The position numbers and the translations under genes were made by a program. From Octopus sinensis (taxonomy: Eukaryota): a DNA stretch of 64,000 nt. This document shows positions 55,452 through 64,000 of this stretch, one piece after another. The stretch is from assembly GCF_006345805.1 (NCBI RefSeq), contig NC_043006.1, forward strand, positions 8,184,001-8,248,000. Direction: 5' to 3'. Within the stretch, counting starts at the first letter, position 1; every line of letters starts with the position of its first letter. The notes under the pieces are model-generated. The model had not been told where the DNA came from, searched no databases, and was given only the letters and a program-made list of their open reading frames with translations.

Positions 55452-55990
55452 TGTTACTGTGGGGATGAGCCGGACGAAGAGGGCCATGACGTCAATTGTC
55501 AAGGGACTGACCGGAAGAGGAAGCGTGAGAAGAGACGTGAGAGGAGACACGACAGGGTCGTCCACATGAAGGAATTCGCTCTCGGGTTGGTGAGATTGCA
55601 GCTGCGTACACTGGGTGAGAGTGGGGCAGGATCGCCGGAGTGACAACTGCTAGACGGGCGAAGGACGAGAGAGGAAAGGAAGGTGACCCTCTTTTCATTT
55701 CCCGCGCAGGACAAGCTATTTCGGCATTTGTATACAGACGTCATTGTCCCTTTGATATATGATGGCAGTGAAGATAAGGATCGGCAGTGGCCATCAGACC
55801 TTTCTAAGGCAAAGGTGACGTAGTAGCCTGGATTAGAAAGATCAAAGTTGTGGCCAGGCCACAAGGCATCGAAGATATACGAAACCTATTGGCCCTGTAT
55901 TTGCAGGGGATTGAGCTGGCACTGTACTTGGAAATGGATGAAGAACAGCTGAGCGCAGCAAAGATCATGCAGCGCTTGAGATAGGCTTAC
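55452..55990 (+). mobile_element. Gypsy-like LTR retrotransposon remnant: GC-rich LTR-like leader plus decayed gag N-terminus (55790-55990)
   Basis: IRPF*GKGDVVAWIRKIKVVARPQGIEDIRNLLALYLQGIELALYLEMDEE...KIMQRLR*AY resembles a Ty3/Gypsy gag start. The upstream block begins with TG and is markedly GC-richer than its flanks. Confidence 0.7.
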
Positions 55991-56984
55991 AATTGTTTCA
56001 TCAAATGTACCCAGATATTCATAAATAGAACATCTTAATAGATAGACTTGTAATCCTCAGTAGGTAATATTTTAAGGAAAAACAAAAATCAAGACGTTTA
56101 AAGTACATAATTTTTTGTCATAGCTATCATTTTAGGGGATTTATATATTCGTTCTTCCAGTCACGCTTATTTGAATCTAGGCTAAATAAAAAAAAATAGG
56201 ACGTGTGTGCTAGTATATCCTATATATAATTTGATTTCCTTTCTATGAAATCAATAAATATATATATATATATATCTATTTAAACCTCATTACAAAAATG
56301 TTTACTGGTCAAGCTGTATTTGTATGTACGTTCGGAATTACCAGATATGGAGGTATATATTATTTCAAATTCATATATAATTATTCTTAACGGTCAACTC
56401 TCCTTTCGACTTCAGATTTTTTTCCTAAATTGATAGTTCGTACTAGGATGTGGGAATAATTGGTGGTTTATAAATTTTTTTGTTTTAGTATTTTTTATAC
56501 ACAATACGTCAATAATTCATCGAAAAAAACAGGTATTATATTTCGTAATTAATTATCTAACTATAGCTTGATAGATTTATAAGGATTATACGAAATATAT
56601 ACGATACGACTAAAGGTTTATAAAAAGCAACTACTTACGTGATAGTCTTATATAATAAATGTATTTTCAGAAATTGAGCTAATTAGTATATAAGAAAAGT
56701 TTTTTTTTGTCTTGATGTATGTAGAAAATAAATGTTTTTATTATATAGATGTTTATAGTTTCATAGAGAAAATTTCAAAACAAAAATAATAATAAAATAT
56801 AGTGTGAAATTTTTAGTTATGTAGGGGAGAGAATAATTGATATACCAGGATTTTCTCAAATACTGATAATGTTTACACACACGTACATAGATTTATATAT
56901 ACATAGATAAATACACGTACACACTGATATAGAAATAGGTAAAAATAAGCCTATGTGTATATATACTCATACACCCATATGTAT

Positions 56985-57480
<496 letters not shown>

Positions 57481-57731
57481 GTACATATGCGCATAACCAT
57501 ACAGATCTCCATACATATACACTTTGAAATAGGTCATAGATTTACAAAAAATATACTATATTACATGTGGGCGTATACATACGTACTTACTTAGATATAC
57601 ATACATAAACACAAACAAAATACACACGATGAAAGATTTCTCTCGGCAATATATTTGTTTTAAATCATTCTATATAGAAATTAATAATTGCCACTTTAAA
57701 TGTACTTACAGAGCATGAGTCGGAGGAGGCG

Positions 57732-57926
57732 AATCGGCCTTCAAGGGCTAACCTGAAACCTGGTGCTGCCAAAATCCATTAGCCACTTGCTGACTTGAAG
57801 AAAATTACATTCCCACCTCTACACATAAAGGTTATGGGAAAACGGTACCAGCGTTGATGAAATGTATACGTTATGGCTTACTATTGATGGACTATAAAAT
57901 GAAATAGTTCACAGACAACAATCCAA
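57732..57926 (+). mobile_element. Internally deleted DNA transposase remnant, Chapaev3-like (family assignment from memory)
   Basis: One frame reads RPSRANLKPGAAKIH*PLADLKKITFPPLHIK / VMGKRYQR**NVYVMAYY*WTIK, matching the LPPLHIK and MEKRYQG.W...MADYCWTLK motifs. Confidence 0.55.
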
Positions 57927-57930
57927 AAAA

Positions 57931-58518
57931 ATAGAAATATTAAAATTACTAAGTCTCACTAAAGGAGATTACGGCAGCGTTACTGGATATTAATAGTTAT
58001 CGCCAAACTAATATGGTAGTCTATAAATATAAGACTAAAGCTGTCGCTGATTAGCTCCAAGAAGCCATCGCTTCTAGCTAGCTATATGACACACGAACCT
58101 GCTTTTGTCTTATATTTATAGACTACCATATTAGTTTGGCGATAACTATTAATATCCAGGAACGCTACCGTAATTTCCTTTAGAGAGACTTAGTAATTTT
58201 AATATTTCTATTATTGAAAACAAGTGGATGTATTCAACTGAAATTAGGTAAATAAAATCTTCGAACAGACGGTCGGTAGCGACACCTGCTGGGTCTGACT
58301 GCTCTGCATTGATAAAGAGCAACTACCCTGAAACGTGTCTGCAGATGTCTGACCAGCAAGGTGAAGCGGCTGACCTCCCCTGTTCGAAGGTTATAATGGA
58401 CGCAGGTTCGTGTGTCATATAGCTAGCTCGAGGCGATGGCTTCTTGGAGCTAATCAGCGACAGCTTTAGTCTTATATTTATAGACTACCATATTAGTTTG
58501 GCGATAACTATTAAAATC
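57931..58518 (+). mobile_element. Hammerhead-bearing retrozyme/pLTR-like element: inverted partial copy, 362-bp unit, about 50-bp direct repeat
   Basis: GTCTTATATTTATAGACTACC starts at both 58107 and 58469 (period 362). 57931-58102 is the reverse complement of the unit junction (58402-58468 joined to 58107-58211). Confidence 0.75.
58303..58345 (+). ncRNA. Minimal type I hammerhead motif, U3:A8 variant, GUC triplet
   Basis: TCTGCA TTGATAA AGAG-caacta-CCCT GAAAC GT GTC TGCAGA; stem I extends into an imperfect rod spanning 58260-58388. Confidence 0.55.
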
Positions 58519-58655
58519 CAAAGAAAGTTACGTGTATAAGTGTAAATATTTTACCTTAACTACTTGCACTCTAATTGACTAACTGTAACAGTATCCTTTA
58601 TGTGAACAAAATCATTTTGTACAAACTTGACTGCAAAACAATGATTTATTACATA

Positions 58656-59445
58656 TTAACCCCCAGAAAAACCTCTTTTCCAGCTGGTCAGGCATACACA
58701 ACCTGTGTCCGATGTATCGTGAGTAAGGGAGCAGTAGACCAGTAGACCATGGCTTCTAGGTCTTTACCATTCATCGGTACTAGACAACTGTCTGCTAGAG
58801 ATGGCAGTCAATCGTCCTTACTCACAGTATATAAACAGAGACGTGACAAACAACCGCTGATACCGTAACGAGCGAAGTAGCTAGTTCTGATATCTCTAAA
58901 CGAGATATAAGTAGTAACAATATTAGACGGTAACGTTTGCTTGCCATTGTAACATTGCGGAACTATAAAGAACTAAATGTATTTTAACCCCAAGAAAACA
59001 TCTTTTCCAGCTGATCAAAGACACTCAACCTGTGGCTGATATATCGTAAGGGAGCAAATTACTCCCCGCCAGCTTGGCAAGATCAGTAGACCATGGTTTT
59101 TGGGTCTGTACCCTTCATCGGTACTGGACACCTGTCTGCTAGAGATGGCAGTCAATCGTCCCTACGGCAGACAGCCGTTGATCCAGTAACGAGCAAAATA
59201 GCTAGCTCTAAAACCTCTAAACAAGATAAAAGTAGTAACAATACAAGACGGTAACATTTTTAGGCTACTATAAAATGGCTGTTCTGTAAAGAACTATGTT
59301 ACGACATTTTAGCCGCAGGAAAACGTCTTTTTCCAGCTGGTCAATGACACAACCTATGCTCGATATATTGTGAGTAAGGGAGCGAAAATCTCCCCTCCAG
59401 CTTGACAAGACCAATTTCTGAATATTTATCCTTCATCGGTACTTT
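58656..59445. repeat. Diverged tandem array of about 2.4 units of about 327 bp
   Basis: Units start near 58656, 58984 and 59309; shared blocks TTTTCCAGCTG, GTAAGGGAGC and TTCATCGGTACT. Confidence 0.85.
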
Positions 59446-60871
59446 GTTCGTTGATGTTTTATTATTTTCCATACAATGTAAATTTTTTTAACATTCTATA
59501 AAATATATATAAGTTTGTTAGCAGTATTTCTATGGTTCTTAAGACAAGCCAAGATTATCCTGAGGCTCAGAAGGTTGAAGTGATACAAAAACATTGGGGT
59601 AATTTTTGGATTCAGAGGACAAACGCCAGTCAAAAACAAACGTTAGATCTAACTCAACGAAATCTGTCTACCCCAGTTTTATTTGTCTAAAAGGCGTAGC
59701 CCATTCGAGGAAGATTTACCTGCAACTTTTATCATGTGGTGCGGGAGCTATAAGTTTCATTCGTTGTTAAATTTATAGTGATTTTTATGTAAATTAAAAC
59801 CCTAAGTTTGAAAATCTAATTTCAGAAAAATCAAACTATTATAAAATATAATGTAATATTTTCTAATTCGTATTTTATTGGATCTCCGATAAATATCCAC
59901 TGCCTCCTTCTTGTATCATACATCCATTACGTTGAATGACGTAGGTTACTGGTCGTCAAGAGTATTGGTTATGCAAAAATTCATTCTGAGCAGCTCTAAC
60001 TACAGCTTAACTGTAATAAACATTCAGACATGATAGTCGTCATTAGGATGTGGTATTTTGCCATTTTGATCAAATTTACACCACTTTTTGCTGCAGAATT
60101 TGTAATCTCGTTATTTCACGAGAAGAAATTTAAGTACATGTAATCCAAAATTTGTAAGTGAGGCGTCAAAGAGAAAGTAATAAGTTCCAATTAAAGTGAT
60201 TTCTACTCGGTTTCAATGTAACTTCTCTTTACTTACAAACTTGTATATTTTGTAAATAAATTGAAAAATCAATATTAGTTTCTGACTGCCATAAATATTT
60301 TTTAATATTCAAATTTTTGCTTCTGATAAAGATATCATAGTTCGGTCTTCTTTCTTTGTAGTTTAACTCTGTAAATATATCTAGACATTTTAATATCTTC
60401 CAATATTTTTTCTTTGACCTGCTTATAGACGCTTTTTAATTAATTATGTATCAGTTATTTTAACGATTCTACTATTAGTACCGATAACGTTTTGAGTATT
60501 TCATAGTTCTCAGAGTATACATAATTGTCTTCTTTTTTCGTTCGCCTTTCCTGTTTTGGTGCAATCTGTATGTTAAGAGATGCGTATCTATGTCTCATAG
60601 TGTTTTCATCTTTACACACTTAAATCATATTACGTGAGACTGTTGGATTTTGCAATATGTTTACTTGATATGAAATATGCTTGTTTGAAGCAAGGGAAGA
60701 AATCTCGAAAACCGTTTGTATTTATATACATCCGCTTTGTTCTCCCAATTCGATATAAGACACACAGCTAGTTTTTGTGAGGCATATATTCTGTTGACTG
60801 ATCACCACTTCGATAAGTGAATTTCATACTATGGGTCATTACAAAACTTCGATGTTCTGGTGGTATGTTTA

Positions 60872-60897
60872 TCTCTCTCTATATATAAACGGCAAAA

Positions 60898-60946
<49 letters not shown>

Positions 60947-61273
60947 ATCCTTTATACAAATCTACGATTTTTCAATCAGAGGGCTCGCACTTTCTATGGT
61001 CATTCAAAACCGTCCAAGGGTGGTCATGCACATCTTTACATTTCCGCAGTCTCCCCGCAAAGCCATTAAAAAATCAATAGAAGTGACTTTTTTGTGAATT
61101 TTCTATCCAAACCCAATCAATGCCAATTGAAGGTAAGCTGTAAATAAACATACGTAGGCTAGCTGTATGTGATTGGTCGCAGATTTGGACAGTAGCCGCG
61201 TGTATGTGCGCACGCACGCAGCTGTATATATGCACTAGCACTATGACCCGGCGTTGCCGGGTCATAGTGCTAG
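60872..61273 (+). mobile_element. Non-autonomous Helitron, complete
   Basis: A/TC start (ATCTCTCTCTATATATAAACGG), internal (TG)n, terminal hairpin and CTAG/T end. Confidence 0.8.
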
Positions 61274-63059
61274 TATTTGATAAAATATTAACATCATTGA
61301 GAATTGCAAATTTTATATAATCGAATTGATACTAATTCAATCATCCAAAATTTCAGTGATTATTATACAGTATTGTTTGTATATTTGAGACATGCAACAA
61401 TTTAAGACACACTGCTACATGTATGACAACTTCGTAGTCTTAACTAAAATAGTACACCGGTAGTAATAATAGTGGTAGTCGTGTCGTGTTTACTTCAACA
61501 AGATAACTTTTAACATACACATCTGTAAACTGTGCAGAAAGCACTTACAGCAGCTGCAATAGCATCAGAAGCAGAAACATATGTAGTAGTTGTTGAGTTT
61601 TGGTACTACTACTACTATTACTACTACTACTACTACTTGTAGTAAGTAGTAGTAGTGTTTTTATCAGCATAATTATGTTAAGATACATATTTCTGTATAT
61701 TCAGTGAGCCTGTATTAGCGTTTTACTGAATAAGAGAAAAACTTACGTATGTTTATTTACACCTTACCTTCTGCTGGTGTTGACAGACCATATAACATAC
61801 GTGAATTAATCCTTATCTCTAAGACAAAATTTTCTACCGGAGCACAGTTCAAATACTATTTTTGTTTATTACTTCTACAGTTTTTACTTAATTTAATATT
61901 TCATGACTGATATAAACGAATATCTTCACATCCATAAAAGAATCTGCTGTTCAAATGGATAAAGAATTTGCATTAAAATTCTTTGAAATCAGGATTTTTG
62001 AAAGTACTTAATGCAGGGCGCATTGTTGTGTTTATCAAGTTTCAGATAAGCATCTCATGTAATAGTTTTCTTGTTTATTTACTCATCATTTGTTATCATT
62101 TTTACGACTGGGAGGCAAATCTCTCGACTGATTTCAAAGTTCACTCATTGGCCTGTTCTGTAATTACTGGTTTGTAGAACTACTTTTGAAAGCTATAATT
62201 TTTGGATGTTATATAGATTGAAGATAAAGAGAATTTTGAATTAAAAGGTATTACATTTCACGGCAGCGATAATATGAGGTTTGGTATGTATGAAGGATAG
62301 AGACGTATTGCTGTTTATGAATGTATTAACATATAAGTGTATATTAAATCTATAGATGCAAGCATTAACGAGTTCTTAGTTTGACAGAGGGAATTAAGTA
62401 GAGGATTCTATTTAAACCATTATGTTTATAATACTCATTTTATCTACTCATGAGAGAAATACAAATCTCTTCTGCTATCTTTTGAAGTTGGGGCATAAAA
62501 GAATAGACAAATACTGTTATGTATCAGGTTATTGCACCACAACTTTTGCACTCCTCTTATTTCGCACAGTTAACGTTATTGGTATAATTATACGAAAATA
62601 TACACTATATTAGGCTTTACAAATTATTACAATTTGACATTTAAAGGTTTAATCCTCAATTTACATAGCATAGTAATCATTAGTCTCTAGTGGAAAATGG
62701 CAATTTGTTACCGGATATCTCAAGTATATACGTGTTCATTAGTAATATAGTAAAACTATTGATTCCCACCACATGGCAGTAGAGAAATATCACGGGTTTA
62801 GACGAGTCTAGTGTTGCAGATTCGATTACTCATGTCAATTTATACCTAATTTTAAGTGTCTTGTATATCTGAAATAATTCTAGTAATAGCTTTCCCATAG
62901 TTGGAGTTATTAGTCATCGACTTCCTATAAAAATACCAGATGCAATCATAATATTATTTTCACCGAGAAATTGTTTTCAATTATTTATTGAAGTAGTTGC
63001 TTATGACTAAGGTAGCTGGTGTGTTTATAAATATTATATTACCCGAAGCAAAAGCAGCA

Positions 63060-63230
63060 ACCGTGCAAAATGTTTGGCGGCATTTCTTTTGTCTCTTTCC
63101 CATCTAGATAAAAATGTCTTTCATTCTTTCGAGGTCGATGGAATATGTACCAGTTGAGTACCGGGGTCGATGCAATCAATAAGCCCCTCCCTACAATGTT
63201 TTGAGGCCCTGTACCTATAGTAGAAACATT
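63060..63230 (+). mobile_element. SINE family C, diverged
   Basis: AAATGTTTGGCGGCATTTC...TTTCATTCTTTCGAGGTCGAT...TACCAGTTGAGTAC.GGGGTCGATG. Confidence 0.6.
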
Positions 63231-63295
63231 TATATTTCTTGAAGCAGCATTGGATTCGATTATCAATACTATTATTATCCTTCTGTAGAAGACAT

Positions 63296-63666
63296 AGGAG
63301 TGGCTGTGGGGTAAGTAATTTTCTTACCGGCCACATGGTTCCGAGTTCAGTCCCACTGTGTAGCACCTTGGGCAAGTGTCTTCAACTATAGCCTCGAGCC
63401 GACCAAAACCATGTGAGTCGATTTGGTAGACGGAAACTGAAAGAAGACCGTCGTATATATATATATATATGTATGTATGTGTGTGTATATGTTTGTGTGT
63501 CTGTATTTGTCACCCCAACATCGCTTGTGTTTACGTCTCCGTAACTTAGCGGTTCGGCCAAAGAGGTCGACAGAATAAGTCCTGGGGGCGATTTGCTCGA
63601 CTAAAGGCGGTGCTCCAGCATGGCCGCAGTCAAATCACTGAAACAAGTAAAAGAGTAAAAGAGTAA
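63296..63666 (+). mobile_element. SINE family A, near full length with small deletions
   Basis: Head, CORE-like block and (GAGTAAAA)n tail. Confidence 0.9.
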
Positions 63667-64000
63667 TGTATCGTACCAGCGTCATCAAATCACAAGTTTT
63701 TGTATGTGAGTATCTTGATTTATTTTAGGGATTTCGGGGTCTGAATCTAATTTAATGTCCTTACTTTAATACATCAGTTTCTCTATTGTTGCTTTCGTAC
63801 ATTTGTCTTATAATGTTCAAATCTTGAATGAAGTCATGAAATTTTTTTGTATTCCAAATTGTGATTGTGCCTGGCAAATGCATTTAAGTAATCCGTATTA
63901 AGGTGTTGACTTATAATTTACCTGCAGCATCTATAAAAATTAATGATTTCTTTGTTCTGGATTGTTAATAGGGTAAGACCTTGGCAGGTAACAAGATAGG

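Noticed and set aside
58656-59445. CRISPR-like array or other prokaryotic system
   Set aside because: Eukaryotic context; units are long diverged duplications rather than short identical repeats with unique spacers, and there are no cas-like ORFs.

Overview
AT-rich, repeat-dominated eukaryotic genomic DNA, most likely intronic or intergenic. The SINE families, the R4/Dong LINEs and the microsatellite load point to an octopod cephalopod; this is recognised from memory, not from a database search. I find no intact host protein-coding gene, and most ORFs in the track are translations of (TA)n, (CA)n, (ATT)n or (GATA)n tracts. Recognisable content: decayed RTE, R4/Dong (x2), Penelope-like (RT plus GIY-YIG), Gypsy gag, mariner (x4) and Chapaev-like transposase remnants; three Helitron 3' ends; and about 25 tRNA-derived SINE copies of several families. 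The standout signal is a set of short, mutually unrelated non-coding elements, each carrying a type I hammerhead ribozyme fold (about 4306, 4564, 8263/8692, 18476, 29810, 58303). Most sit in an inverted-partial-copy plus unit arrangement. Their cores show three Watson-Crick-compatible states of the 3:8 pair (C:G, G:C, U:A) and two cases of U4C. This suggests a diverse retrozyme-like, Penelope-dependent population. Self-cleavage is inferred, not shown.
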